A stretch of 37,923 nt of DNA. Origin: an archaeon (GTDB lineage: Archaea; Iainarchaeota; Iainarchaeia; Iainarchaeales; Iainarchaeaceae). The position numbers were made by a program, and so were the translations under genes. The stretch lies in assembly GCA_024653905.1 (NCBI GenBank), contig JANLGZ010000019.1, forward strand, positions 1 to 37,923, given 5' to 3'. This document shows, in pieces, positions 8,854 through 17,985 of the stretch (position 1 is its first letter; the number at the start of each line of letters is the position of its first letter). The notes beneath the pieces are model-generated. The model worked only from the letters and a program-made list of their open reading frames with translations. It ran no database searches and had not been told where the DNA came from.

Positions 8854-10491
8854 ATGGCACAACAAGATCAAAATCAACAAGTAATGTTCCTGCCAGAAGG
8901 AGCAAAAAGAACAAGAGGCAGAGATGCTCAGAGAATAAATATTCTAATTGCAAGAGCAGTTGCAAACGCAGTCAAAAGCACATTAGGTCCAAAAGGAATG
9001 GACAAAATGATTGTAGATGATTTAGGTGATGTAATCATTACAAATGATGGAGCAACTATTCTTAGTGAAATGAGCATAGAACACCCAGCCGGAAAAATGA
9101 TGGTTGAAGTAGCTAAAACTCAAGATGACGAAGTTGGAGACGGCACAACAACTGCAGTAATAATCGCAGGCGGTTTGTTAGAAAAAGCTGAAAAATTATT
9201 AGATGATGAAATCCACCCTTCACTAATAATCAAAGGTTATAGATTAGCTGCAATAAAAGCAAAAGAATTTTACAGAGCAATAGCTGAAGATATCACCATC
9301 AAAGACAAACAGGTTTTGAAACAACTTGCTCTAACATCAATGACAGGAAAAAGCGCTGAATCAGCAGAAGAATTAGCTGACCTTGTTGTCGGTGCAATAA
9401 TTCAAGTTGCGGTTGATGATGGAAAAACAACTGTGATTGAACTCGATGATATTAAAGTTGAAAAAAAAGTAGGAGGATCAATAGCAGAATCTGAATTAAT
9501 ACAAGGAATTGTTATTGACAAAGAAGTTGTTCACTCAGGAATGCCAACTAAAGTAGAAAACGCAAAAATTGCTTTGGTTGACGCGGCAATGGAAATAAAA
9601 AGCCCTGAAACAGACACTAAAGTTCAGATTTCAGATCCTGATCAGTTGCAGGCATTTTTGGACCAGGAAGAAAAAATCCTGAGAAAAATGGTTGCTTCAG
9701 TAAAGGAAGCAGGAGCTAATGTTGTTATCTGCCAGAAAGGAATTGATGACATAGCACAGCATTATTTAGCAAAGGAAGGAATCTTAGCTGTACGAAGAGT
9801 CAAAAAATCTGACATGGAAGGATTAGCAAAAGCAACTGGCGCAAAAACCGTTTCAAGAATCAATGATTTAAGTGCAAGTGATCTTGGAAACGCAAAACTT
9901 GTTAGTCAGAAAAAAGTTTCAGGAGACAACATGGTTTTTGTTGAAGGATGTAAAAACCCTAAAAGCGTTTCAATGCTTGTGAGAGGCGGAAGCGCACACG
10001 TTGTTGATGAAGCAGAAAGAGCAGTAAGAGATGCTATGGGTGCAGTGTCATCAGCAATTAAAGATGGAAAAATTCTTTACGGTGGCGGAAGCTGTGAAAT
10101 TGAAGTAGCATTGAAATTAAGGAACTACGCAAAAACTGTCGGAGGAAGAGAGCAATTAGCAATAGAAGCTTTTGCTGAAGCTCTTGAAATAATCCCAAGA
10201 ACATTAGCAGAAACTGCAGGAATGGACACAATAGACACTCTAGTTGCACTGAGAAGCAAACACTCTGGAAAAGACGGAATAACAATCGGAGTTAATGTCT
10301 ACGCTGCAAAGCTTGATGATATGAAAAAGAACAAAGTAATAGAGCCTTTGAAAGTTAAGACTCAGGCAATTATTTCAGGAAGCGAAGTAGCAGAAATGCT
10401 GTTGAGAATCGATGATATAATTGCAGGAACAGGAAAAAGCAGAGCACCAGAAATGCCACCAGGAATGGGCGGCATGGGCGGAATGATGTAG
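8854..10491 (+). CDS. ths: thermosome subunit (group II chaperonin, CCT/TCP-1 family)
   Basis: 545 aa. Contains [55 protein letters not shown]-like YGGGSCEIE, and a C-terminal GMGGMGGMM tail. Strong AGGAG Shine-Dalgarno. Confidence 0.95.
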   Translation: MAQQDQNQQVMFLPEGAKRTRGRDAQRINILIARAVANAVKSTLGPKGMDKMIVDDLGDVIITNDGATILSEMSIEHPAGKMMVEVAKTQDDEVGDGTTTAVIIAGGLLEKAEKLLDDEIHPSLIIKGYRLAAIKAKEFYRAIAEDITIKDKQVLKQLALTSMTGKSAESAEELADLVVGAIIQVAVDDGKTTVIELDDIKVEKKVGGSIAESELIQGIVIDKEVVHSGMPTKVENAKIALVDAAMEIKSPETDTKVQISDPDQLQAFLDQEEKILRKMVASVKEAGANVVICQKGIDDIAQHYLAKEGILAVRRVKKSDMEGLAKATGAKTVSRINDLSASDLGNAKLVSQKKVSGDNMVFVEGCKNPKSVSMLVRGGSAHVVDEAERAVRDAMGAVSSAIKDGKILYGGGSCEIEVALKLRNYAKTVGGREQLAIEAFAEALEIIPRTLAETAGMDTIDTLVALRSKHSGKDGITIGVNVYAAKLDDMKKNKVIEPLKVKTQAIISGSEVAEMLLRIDDIIAGTGKSRAPEMPPGMGGMGGMM

Positions 10492-10504
10492 TTTAAATAA
10501 ATAC

Positions 10505-10537
10505 AAGGGGATTTTTCCCCTTCTTTTTTTTCTTTTT
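10505..10537 (+). terminator. hairpin plus oligo-T terminator after the thermosome gene
   Basis: AAGGGG-ATTTTT-CCCCTT hairpin (10505-10522), followed by a T8 run and further T tracts. Confidence 0.4.
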
Positions 10538-10589
10538 AAAAAAAAAACAAATAACTATTTTTTTAATCCTTCTTAACCACTATTAATTC

Positions 10590-11123
10590 ATGACCGTTAT
10601 AATTCTTGTTGGTTTAGCAAGGTCAGGAAAGGACACTGCTGCAGATTATTTAGTGCAAAAGCACGGATTTACAAAATATACTTTCAGCGATGTTTTGAAA
10701 GAACTTCTTGAGCAAAAAGGAATAACCTCTACAAAAAAAAGAATGAATGAATTAGGAGATATTTTAAGAAACGAAATGGGTATGGCGGCAATTGCAAAAA
10801 TGCTTGACAAAAAAATAAACAAAAAAGACAAACTAGTTTTTGTAGGACCGAGGTCAATAGAAGAAATTGATTATTTCAAAAAAAAATTCCCTGAACTTAA
10901 AATAATTAAAATTACAACCGGAAAAGATGAAAGATTTGGAAGGCGTTCAGAAGAAGACCCTTCAGAAAAAGAAGAATTCCACAAAAGAGATGAAGATGAT
11001 AAATACAATAAAGGATTTCAGAAAGTCTTGGATTCTGCTGATTTTCAGGTCAATAATTTTTCAGAAATAGAAAACTTTTACTCAGAACTGGAAACGGTTC
11101 TTAATTTGGTGCAGAGTGAATGA
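10590..11123 (+). CDS. P-loop nucleotide kinase-like protein (dephospho-CoA kinase / UPF0200-like)
   Basis: 177 aa. N-terminal IILVGLARSGKDTAADYL P-loop, FVGPRSIEEIDYFKKKF, RDEDDKYNKGFQKVLDSADFQVNN. Its stop overlaps the next ATG (ATGA). Confidence 0.5.
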   Translation: MTVIILVGLARSGKDTAADYLVQKHGFTKYTFSDVLKELLEQKGITSTKKRMNELGDILRNEMGMAAIAKMLDKKINKKDKLVFVGPRSIEEIDYFKKKFPELKIIKITTGKDERFGRRSEEDPSEKEEFHKRDEDDKYNKGFQKVLDSADFQVNNFSEIENFYSELETVLNLVQSE

Positions 11124-11461
11124 AAATATCAGAGTTAACTCCAGACCAAAAAAAACTTGAACTGGTTTTTAAAATAGAAGAAAAAACAGAACCCAGAGAA
11201 GTAACCACTAAATTAGATTCAATGTTTCACAAAGTATGTAATGTTCTTGTAGGAGATGAATCTGGGTGTGTCCACTTATCACTTTGGGACGAGGATATTG
11301 AGGAAGTTAAAGAGGGAAAGCATTACAAAATCACTGAAGCTTATACAATGCTTTACAGAAATTCCCTTACTCTAAATAAAGGAAAATACGGCTCGCTCAA
11401 GGAAATTGAGGCAGATTTTGAAATAAACACGCAAAACAACATTTCACTCAAAGAATTCTAG
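11120..11461 (+). CDS. single OB-fold ssDNA-binding protein (RPA/SSB-like)
   Basis: 113 aa. VLVGDESGCVHLSLWDEDIEEVKEGKHYKITEAYTMLYRNSLTLNKGKYGSL matches the usual archaeal RPA OB-fold pattern (D.TG.i.ltlW......i..G....i.na......l.l..g..g.i). Confidence 0.6.
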   Translation: MKISELTPDQKKLELVFKIEEKTEPREVTTKLDSMFHKVCNVLVGDESGCVHLSLWDEDIEEVKEGKHYKITEAYTMLYRNSLTLNKGKYGSLKEIEADFEINTQNNISLKEF

Positions 11462-11542
11462 AAAGTGGCTTTCTTTACCTTTTTAAACCTAATTTAGTGC
11501 TTTTAATATAGAAATAAATTCAATAAAGCAAAGTAATAGTTA

Positions 11543-11742
11543 GTAGCAATGGGCCTGAGCAATAAAGCAGTACTATCGAGTCACAAGACGAAGATAGTAC
11601 CCCCTCCAGACGCGGGTTTGCGTCTTGGGAGTATAGCTCAGCCTGGTCAGAGCATTGGTCTTATACACCAAGGGTCAGCGGTTCAAATCCGCTTACTCCC
11701 ATTCGTGCATGCTCATCGAATGGGACAAAGGCTCATTGCTAC
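11543..11742 (+). other. structured RNA leader enclosing the tRNA (outer 13-bp helix plus three local hairpins)
   Basis: GTAGCAATGGGCC (11543-11555) pairs with GGCTCATTGCTAC (11730-11742): 12 Watson-Crick pairs plus 1 G-U. Hairpins: GTACTATC/GATAGTAC (11570-11577 / 11593-11600), CCAGACGC/GCGTCTTGG (11606-11613 / 11620-11628) and CCCATTCG/CGAATGGG (11698-11705 / 11717-11724). A TATA-like TTTAATATA lies just upstream, near 11503. Confidence 0.4.
11627..11701 (+). tRNA. tRNA-Ile, anticodon UAU (decodes AUA)
   Basis: Hand-folded cloverleaf of 75 nt. Acceptor GGGAGTA/TACTCCC is perfect. D arm GCTC-AGCCTGGTCA-GAGC. Anticodon arm TTGGT-CTTATAC-ACCAA, so positions 34-36 are TAT. Variable loop GGGTC. 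T arm AGCGG-TTCAAAT-CCGCT. Discriminator A. No encoded CCA. Confidence 0.85.
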
Positions 11743-11767
11743 TTGCTTTGCAATAAAAGTGAAACTT

Positions 11768-14617
11768 ATGGAAAAAGTAGAACAATATAATTCTGAAAAT
11801 GAAAAGAAAGTTCGAGAGTTTTGGGTAAAGAATAAAATAGCCAATAAATCCCGAACTCAAAATGCAAAAGGAAAAGGATTTTTCATGATGGATGGTCCGC
11901 CATATGCAAGCGGACATATACACATGGGAACTGCTCTGAACAAAATTGTGAAAGATATCACAATGCGAAATAAAAGAATGCAAGGTTTTTCTGTTTTAGA
12001 TCAACCAGGTTATGATACTCATGGTTTACCAATTGAAAATAAAGTTGAGAAAGAACTTGGTTTTAAAACAAAAGCAGATATTGAAAAATTTGGGGAAGAT
12101 AAGTTTATTGAAAAGTGCAGAAATTATGCAACTGAATTCATAGGAATAATGAATGAAGAATTTGATAATCTTGGAATCTGGATGGATTGGGAAAATCCAT
12201 ATTTAACTCTTAACAAAGAATACATGGAATCTGTTTGGTGGACATTCAAAAAAGCAGATGAAAAAGGTTTACTCTATTTAGGAAAATACCCGATTCATGC
12301 CTGCCCAAGATGCGCTACTGCTGTTTCTTATGGTGAAATCGAATACACAAAACAAACCGATACAGCAGTTTATGTTAAATTCAAAATTAAAAATGAAAAA
12401 AATAAATATTTACTAATCTGGACAACTACCCCATGGACTTTACCATCAAACACAGGAATAATGGTTAATCCGAAGTTTGATTATGTTGAGGCAGAGGTTG
12501 GAGGAGAAATCTGGATTCTTGCAAAAGATTTATTACAAACATTAATGGAAAAAATCGAAGCAGGTTTTGTTATTAAAAAAACTTTAAAAGGAAAAGAATT
12601 AGAAGGAATTGAATATGAAAATCCGCTTGCAAAAAATTTGAAACTTGAAGAAATTAAGAACGGTTACAGAATAATCCTTAGCGAAAGATATGTTACATTA
12701 GAATACGGAACGGGTTTAGTTCACACAGCACCAGGTTGTGGAAAGGAAGATTACGATGAAGGAACCAAAGCAGGTTTACCAATAATTAGTATTGTTGATA
12801 ATAATGGAATTTTAGGAGAAGAAGGAGGAAAGTACGCGGGAAAAGTTGCAAGAATTGTTGATGCTGAAATTATAAAAGATTTAGATGAAATGAAAGCACT
12901 AGTTTACAAACACCCATACAAACATGACTACCCAATCTGCTGGCGATGCAAAACACCCTTACTTAATATTTCTACACCTCAATGGTTTTTCAAAGTTACA
13001 AAAATAAGAGACAAACTAAAAAAATATAATAATGAAGTTGACTGGCACCCAGTATGGGGAAAAGACCGTTACAACGATTGGGCAGAAAACTTAGGAGACT
13101 GGCCTATATCAAGGCAAAGATATTGGGGAGTTCCAATCCCTATGTGGGTTTGTGATTCTTGCGAAAACCAAACAATAGTCGGTTCTGCAGAAGAACTCAA
13201 AGAACTTTCAGGTAAAGCCCTGAACGATTTACACAAACCATCAGTTGACAAAGTAACTTGGAAATGCAAATGCAAAAAAGGAACAATGAAAAGAATTCCC
13301 GAAATTTTAGATGTTTGGATTGATTCAGGAACTGCTTCATGGGCATCAATGGGTTACCCAAAAAATAAGGAGAAGTTCGAAAAATATTGGCCGGCAGATG
13401 TGAACATTGAGGGAAAAGACCAAATCAGGTTATGGTGGAATACTGAATTAATTTTAAGCACAATTTGTTTTGATGAAAAACCATTCAAAAGCCTTGCAAT
13501 GCACGGAATGGTTTTGGATCTTGGGAAAATAAAAATGTCAAAAAGCCAAGGGAATATTGTAGCACCAAAAGAAGTGATTGAAAAATACAACAGGGATTAC
13601 CTGAGAGTTTATGTTGCAAAAGTATTCAGCGGAGAAGACATGCTGTTTAACTGGGATGCTTTCAAAGAAATCAACAGATTTTTCAATACGCTTTGGAATT
13701 CAATCAATTATGGAATTACTTACCTTGATTTAGATTTGGAAAAAGAAATTAATTTGAAAAAACTGCAACCTGAGGATAAATGGATTTTAAGCAAATTACA
13801 TTCACTTGAAAAAGAAGTTTTGGAAAACTACAACAATTACAATTACCCAAAAGTAATCAACTCAATAGAATACTTTGTCCTTGAAGAATTTTCCAGAACT
13901 TACATTAAATTAATCAGAGACAGAGTAAAGAATGAAAAATCTGAAGTTTTAAGTGCTGTTTTCAGCCAGATTTCATCAGCTTTGTTAAAAATGCTTTCCC
14001 CAATAACCCCGCATTTTTCAGAACACTTTTACCAAGGAATGAAAAGCAACTCAATGCAAGAATCTGTTCATTTACTTGAATTACCAAAAGCAAATGAAAA
14101 ATTTATTGATGAAGAACTTGAAAAAGAAGTTGCTAAAGCAAAAGATTTGATTCAGGAAACTCTGAGTTTGAGAGAACAGGAAAAATTAAGGTTAAGATGG
14201 CCCTTAGAAGAACTTATTTATGTCGGAAAGAAAAAGGAATTTTCAAATACAATTGAAATAATTGCTTCGCAGGCAAATGTGAAAAAATTCTCAGAAGGAA
14301 AAGAACCTAAAGGAAATTTTGCTTCAAAGGAATTCGGCGAAGGAAAAATATTTTTGAATTTGGATGCAAGTACTGAATTGAAAGAAGAATGGGAATTAAT
14401 GGAATTAAGAAGAAAAATACAGGATATGAGAAAACAATTGAAATTTAATCCAACAGATAAAGCAGAACTTATTATTGGTTCAAACGATAATGCTTTTGTT
14501 GAAAAATACAAAAAGGAAATTGAGGAATCAACAAACACAAAAATAGTTTCACCCACAGGGAAAGGAAAAATGGAAAAATTACTGGAAAGAGAATTTTTTA
14601 TTGAATTAAAAAAATAA
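11768..14617 (+). CDS. ileS: isoleucine--tRNA ligase (archaeal type)
   Basis: 949 aa from the ATG at 11768. PPYASGHIHMGTALNKIVKDI (HIGH region), PGYDTHGLPIE, WPISRQRYWGVPIPMW (IleRS signature) and KMSKSQGN (KMSKS). The first 73 codons of the track ORF (11549-11767) cover the tRNA gene and are not coding. Confidence 0.93.
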   Translation: MEKVEQYNSENEKKVREFWVKNKIANKSRTQNAKGKGFFMMDGPPYASGHIHMGTALNKIVKDITMRNKRMQGFSVLDQPGYDTHGLPIENKVEKELGFKTKADIEKFGEDKFIEKCRNYATEFIGIMNEEFDNLGIWMDWENPYLTLNKEYMESVWWTFKKADEKGLLYLGKYPIHACPRCATAVSYGEIEYTKQTDTAVYVKFKIKNEKNKYLLIWTTTPWTLPSNTGIMVNPKFDYVEAEVGGEIWILAKDLLQTLMEKIEAGFVIKKTLKGKELEGIEYENPLAKNLKLEEIKNGYRIILSERYVTLEYGTGLVHTAPGCGKEDYDEGTKAGLPIISIVDNNGILGEEGGKYAGKVARIVDAEIIKDLDEMKALVYKHPYKHDYPICWRCKTPLLNISTPQWFFKVTKIRDKLKKYNNEVDWHPVWGKDRYNDWAENLGDWPISRQRYWGVPIPMWVCDSCENQTIVGSAEELKELSGKALNDLHKPSVDKVTWKCKCKKGTMKRIPEILDVWIDSGTASWASMGYPKNKEKFEKYWPADVNIEGKDQIRLWWNTELILSTICFDEKPFKSLAMHGMVLDLGKIKMSKSQGNIVAPKEVIEKYNRDYLRVYVAKVFSGEDMLFNWDAFKEINRFFNTLWNSINYGITYLDLDLEKEINLKKLQPEDKWILSKLHSLEKEVLENYNNYNYPKVINSIEYFVLEEFSRTYIKLIRDRVKNEKSEVLSAVFSQISSALLKMLSPITPHFSEHFYQGMKSNSMQESVHLLELPKANEKFIDEELEKEVAKAKDLIQETLSLREQEKLRLRWPLEELIYVGKKKEFSNTIEIIASQANVKKFSEGKEPKGNFASKEFGEGKIFLNLDASTELKEEWELMELRRKIQDMRKQLKFNPTDKAELIIGSNDNAFVEKYKKEIEESTNTKIVSPTGKGKMEKLLEREFFIELKK

Positions 14618-14650
14618 ACTTTAAAAAACAAAAAAAATGATTGTGATTTT

Positions 14651-15565
14651 ATGAACGTGAAAGATTTCAAATCAAGCGAAATGGGAAAAGGTAGAATTTA
14701 CGAAAGATTTTTGCAAAATGGTTTTCAGGCAACTGAAATGGCAAGAGCAGTTTCAGTAATAGAGGAAATGAAAAAAGACAAATCATTTGTTTACTTTGGA
14801 TTTACTGCAAACTTAGTCGCCACTGGTTTGAGGGGACTTATAATGGAAATGTGCAAAAACAGTTTTGTTGATGCAATAGTAACAACCTCAGGAAGCATTG
14901 ACCACGATATTATTCGAACCTTTCAGAAATATGAAATTGCTACTTTTAATGAAGATGACCGAGAATTGTTTGAAAAAGGATACAATAGAATAGGCAATGT
15001 ACTTGTGAAAAGCGAGGGTTTTGCCAAGCTTGAAGGAAAAATGATTCCTTTCCTGAAAAAATGCCTGGCAGAAAAGAAAATCTGGAGCCCTTCAGAATTA
15101 CTGAAAAAACTAGGCGAAACTCTTGATGAAAGTTCTTTCCTTTATTGGGCAGCAAAGAACAATATTCCTGTGTATTGCCCTGGAATAACTGATGGCGCAG
15201 CATTTGGATTGCAATTGCATTTTTTTAAAGAAGAAAACCCTGATTTTGTGATTGATGTTACAGCTGATTTGAAACCATTGCTTGATTCTGCTTTGAATGC
15301 AGAAAAAACAGGAGCAATTATTTTAGGCGGAGGAATTTCAAAACACCACATCATCGGATCTAATATTGTAAGAGAAGGCCTTGATTACGCTACTTACATT
15401 TCCACCGCACAGGAATTTGATGGTTCTTTGAGCGGGGCAAGGCCAAAAGAAGCAAAGAGCTGGGGAAAATTAAAAGGTGAAAGCAAAAGCGTTCATGTTA
15501 ACTGCGATGCAACAATTGCTTTTCCTCTGATTTATCATTCTCTAAAAGAAAGAGGATTACTTTGA
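14651..15565 (+). CDS. dys: deoxyhypusine synthase
   Basis: 304 aa. FGFTANLVATGLRG, TTSGSIDHDI, PVYCPGITDGA, GGGISKHHI and a lysine near SWGK, consistent with the DHS family. Confidence 0.85.
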   Translation: MNVKDFKSSEMGKGRIYERFLQNGFQATEMARAVSVIEEMKKDKSFVYFGFTANLVATGLRGLIMEMCKNSFVDAIVTTSGSIDHDIIRTFQKYEIATFNEDDRELFEKGYNRIGNVLVKSEGFAKLEGKMIPFLKKCLAEKKIWSPSELLKKLGETLDESSFLYWAAKNNIPVYCPGITDGAAFGLQLHFFKEENPDFVIDVTADLKPLLDSALNAEKTGAIILGGGISKHHIIGSNIVREGLDYATYISTAQEFDGSLSGARPKEAKSWGKLKGESKSVHVNCDATIAFPLIYHSLKERGLL

Positions 15566-16095
15566 TTGAATTACTTGTTCTGCTTTTTTTCTCAGGGATT
15601 TTTGTAAAAATTGCAGACGAATTTTCTGATGTTTTTGAAAAAGAAAATTATTTCGGAATTGTTTTCGGAACCCTATACGGAATTTTGCTCGGAATAGCAA
15701 TATCAGGTAATTTTATTATTGCAACAATCTGGGTTGGAATAATTCTGGCTTTAACCCTGCAAAATAAACTAAATTCAGTAGCACATTTAGTTGGAATAAT
15801 TACTATTGCATTAACAATAATTTTTATCAACAATTTTGAATTAAATTTGGCACTGGCAATGATTTATTTCATTGGTTCTTTTTTGGATGAAAAACTCAAT
15901 GATTTTTTTGATTTCAATAAAGCAAAAAATTCAGCAGGAAAAGTATTGAAATTTATTGCAAAATACAGATTAATAACAGAACTTTTTGCAATTGTACTCG
16001 CAATTGTTTTTGCAGAACCGCTTTATTGGTTTGGTGTGCTTAGCTTTGATATTGGTTATCAATTAGTTACAATGGTTTCCGAAAAAGTTATTTGA
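15562..16095 (+). CDS. polytopic membrane protein, hypothetical
   Basis: 177 aa with about 5-6 hydrophobic helices. The TTG start overlaps the dys stop codon. Confidence 0.45.
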   Translation: MIELLVLLFFSGIFVKIADEFSDVFEKENYFGIVFGTLYGILLGIAISGNFIIATIWVGIILALTLQNKLNSVAHLVGIITIALTIIFINNFELNLALAMIYFIGSFLDEKLNDFFDFNKAKNSAGKVLKFIAKYRLITELFAIVLAIVFAEPLYWFGVLSFDIGYQLVTMVSEKVI

Positions 16096-16381
16096 ATTTT
16101 TTCAGGAACTTTATCCATTCAGTAATTTTCCTTTCAGTTGGAGCCCATGGTTCGCCAAAACTATCTAATTGTTTACACCCATAAATAATGTCAACAAATT
16201 TTGAAAAATCAGCACTGTGATCAATATGGCCTTCCAATTCATCAAGAGCAGCAGTGCAATAAGAATCTATTTCTTCACCCAAAAAGAATTTTTCTTTTCC
16301 TTCCAGTTCAAGGAATTTTGGAAAATCAGATAAAAGTTTTTCTCTTATTTGAGAAACTGTTTTTTTGGTATTTTCATCCAT
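16088..16381 (-). CDS. hypothetical cytoplasmic protein
   Basis: 97-aa ORF with non-repetitive composition. No motif recognised. Confidence 0.4.
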   Translation of the reverse strand: MDENTKKTVSQIREKLLSDFPKFLELEGKEKFFLGEEIDSYCTAALDELEGHIDHSADFSKFVDIIYGCKQLDSFGEPWAPTERKITEWIKFLKKFK

Positions 16382-16412
16382 AAAAAATATTCAACCTCAG
16401 ATGAATAAATTA

Positions 16413-16577
16413 CTACCCCATCAGATGAAATACTATTACAATAACTGTAAAAGCAACTGTAACTCCGACAACGAATTCAGGGCTCATTTTAGGACCGCCG
16501 GTATCTGTGTCAAAGAAACGCATTATTCCAATAGAAGAACTTGGACCTGAACTTTGTGGTGAACTGTTAAACTTCAT
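16413..16577 (-). CDS. secG: preprotein translocase subunit Sec61-beta (archaeal SecG)
   Basis: Hand-translated 54 aa: MKFNSSPQSSGPSSSIGIMRFFDTDTGGPKMSPEFVVGVTVAFTVIVIVFHLMG. It matches the archaeal Sec61-beta pattern (G(L/I).R(Y/F).D......K..PE.V.GVTVAF plus a C-terminal TM). Too short for the ORF track. Confidence 0.7.
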   Translation of the reverse strand: MKFNSSPQSSGPSSSIGIMRFFDTDTGGPKMSPEFVVGVTVAFTVIVIVFHLMG

Positions 16578-16716
16578 TGCATATCCCTAGAGTAATTACT
16601 TGAAGAAAAGGTTTATATATTAAAATGACTTATTTATCTCAAAAACAATACATATTTAAATAGTTTAAAAGAAAAATAATAGTATTAACATATTAATTGG
16701 AGAAGGTGAAAACAAA

Positions 16717-17577
16717 ATGTATCCTGATGGCGGAGATGGTGGAGCAGCACCAGCAGATAATTTCGGAGGACCACTTCAATCAAAATTTGGAACTCATTTA
16801 GAGGGACTAATCCCATTAATACTAATACTCATAATAGCTTTTTTCCTAGCAGTTAGGTTTGATGTTATTGATCCATCCACCCCAATTCTGGGAACTGTAG
16901 TAGATGTTTTCCAATCAGGAGCACATCCAACTAAAATGCTTATTATAGGTGCTACAAGCAGAGAAGTTGTTAACATCCTTAATGATAATCGGGATATTAT
17001 AGATTATGATCTTAAAACAACTCAAAGTCTTGAGAGAAACCCACAGGAAATATTGGCAAATTATGAAATCGTAATGCTTGACCAGAGTGAGGAAGCAAAC
17101 AAAGAAGTTTCCAAAAAGCTTGGAGAAGCAATTGAAAAGTTCGTTAAAAGCGGCGGAAAGTTCATTCTTGTAAAGGATTCCGGAATAAGAAGACCTGACA
17201 CATATGATGTTATTGGTTGGAAAAACACTTTCGGAGATATAGTGCCTGTTGAATGTGACAGAGTAATTAATGACCAGCCAACATGTATAAACAGATTTAT
17301 TGTACAAGGAAAACTTCTAAGACAGGATGAAGACCATCCAATCATGGAAGGAATCGAAATCTTCCCAGCAGACCCTTTAAGGAATGCTACATTTGAAGTA
17401 TTCGATGTTGGAACTAATGGCAAAGAAATTGCTTTTATTGAAAGCTCAGGACAGGACAAAAAAGAGTTTGTCGGAATTGTAGAGAAAAACCTAGTAATAG
17501 GAAAAAGCCTCTACTTCAATTACAACCCCGGAAAAACCAGAGGCGTATTTGAATCAACCTTGGATTATTTGAGATAA
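16717..17577 (+). CDS. membrane-anchored hypothetical protein (extracytoplasmic alpha/beta domain)
   Basis: 286 aa. Gly-rich N-terminus, one TM (LIPLILILIIAFFLAV), then a globular domain (YEIVMLDQ..., GGKFILVKDSG) reminiscent of a class-I amidotransferase/ThuA-like fold, but not assignable by eye. GGAGAAGGTGA Shine-Dalgarno. Confidence 0.45.
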   Translation: MYPDGGDGGAAPADNFGGPLQSKFGTHLEGLIPLILILIIAFFLAVRFDVIDPSTPILGTVVDVFQSGAHPTKMLIIGATSREVVNILNDNRDIIDYDLKTTQSLERNPQEILANYEIVMLDQSEEANKEVSKKLGEAIEKFVKSGGKFILVKDSGIRRPDTYDVIGWKNTFGDIVPVECDRVINDQPTCINRFIVQGKLLRQDEDHPIMEGIEIFPADPLRNATFEVFDVGTNGKEIAFIESSGQDKKEFVGIVEKNLVIGKSLYFNYNPGKTRGVFESTLDYLR

Positions 17578-17671
17578 ATAACTCAAATAATCTAATTCCC
17601 TTTTTTCTAATTTTTTATAAATACTTTGGTGCATAGCTCTATTTACATTCCAATTCGCCCGAGGTTTTAAC

Positions 17672-17944
17672 ATGGGAGACGACAACATAGTTTTCATTGG
17701 AAAAAAAAGCACAATGGCATATGTCATGGCAGTAATAATGCAAATGAATAGAGGAAACACAGAAGTAACACTCAAAGCAAGAGGGAAAGCTATTTCAAGA
17801 GCGGTTGATGTTGCAGAAATTGTGAAAAACAAGTTTATGAATGAAATAAAGGCCCATGACATCAAGATTTACACTGAAGAACTCAAAGGAAACGATGATA
17901 CAAACATTAAAGTTTCATCAATAGAAATTTTACTGAAAAAGTAA
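17672..17944 (+). CDS. albA: DNA/RNA-binding protein Alba
   Basis: 90 aa. NIVFIGKKSTMAYVMAVIMQMNRGNTEVTLKARGKAISRAVDVAEIVKNKF....I....I.TEEL......VSSIEI.L is the classic Alba pattern. Confidence 0.9.
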   Translation: MGDDNIVFIGKKSTMAYVMAVIMQMNRGNTEVTLKARGKAISRAVDVAEIVKNKFMNEIKAHDIKIYTEELKGNDDTNIKVSSIEILLKK

Positions 17945-17985
17945 CAACAAAAAGTGTTTATAACAGGTTTTTCACTAATAATCCT

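Noticed and set aside
11549-11767. N-terminal 73 codons of the 1022-aa track ORF for IleRS
   Set aside because: This stretch translates straight through the tRNA-Ile gene and its flanking hairpins and has no IleRS-like sequence. The conserved enzyme begins at the ATG at 11768 (MEKVEQY...).
8854-15565. Numerous antisense or alternative-frame track ORFs within the thermosome, ileS and dys genes (e.g. 10058-10285, 11693-11983, 13069-13275, 13354-13590, 14218-14670, 14946-15354)
   Set aside because: They overlap strongly supported housekeeping genes and show the skewed Leu/Phe/Ser composition typical of antisense frames in AT-rich DNA.
17554-17865. 103-aa minus-strand ORF overlapping Alba
   Set aside because: It is antisense to an unmistakable Alba gene. 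Its hydrophobic translation is a frame artefact.
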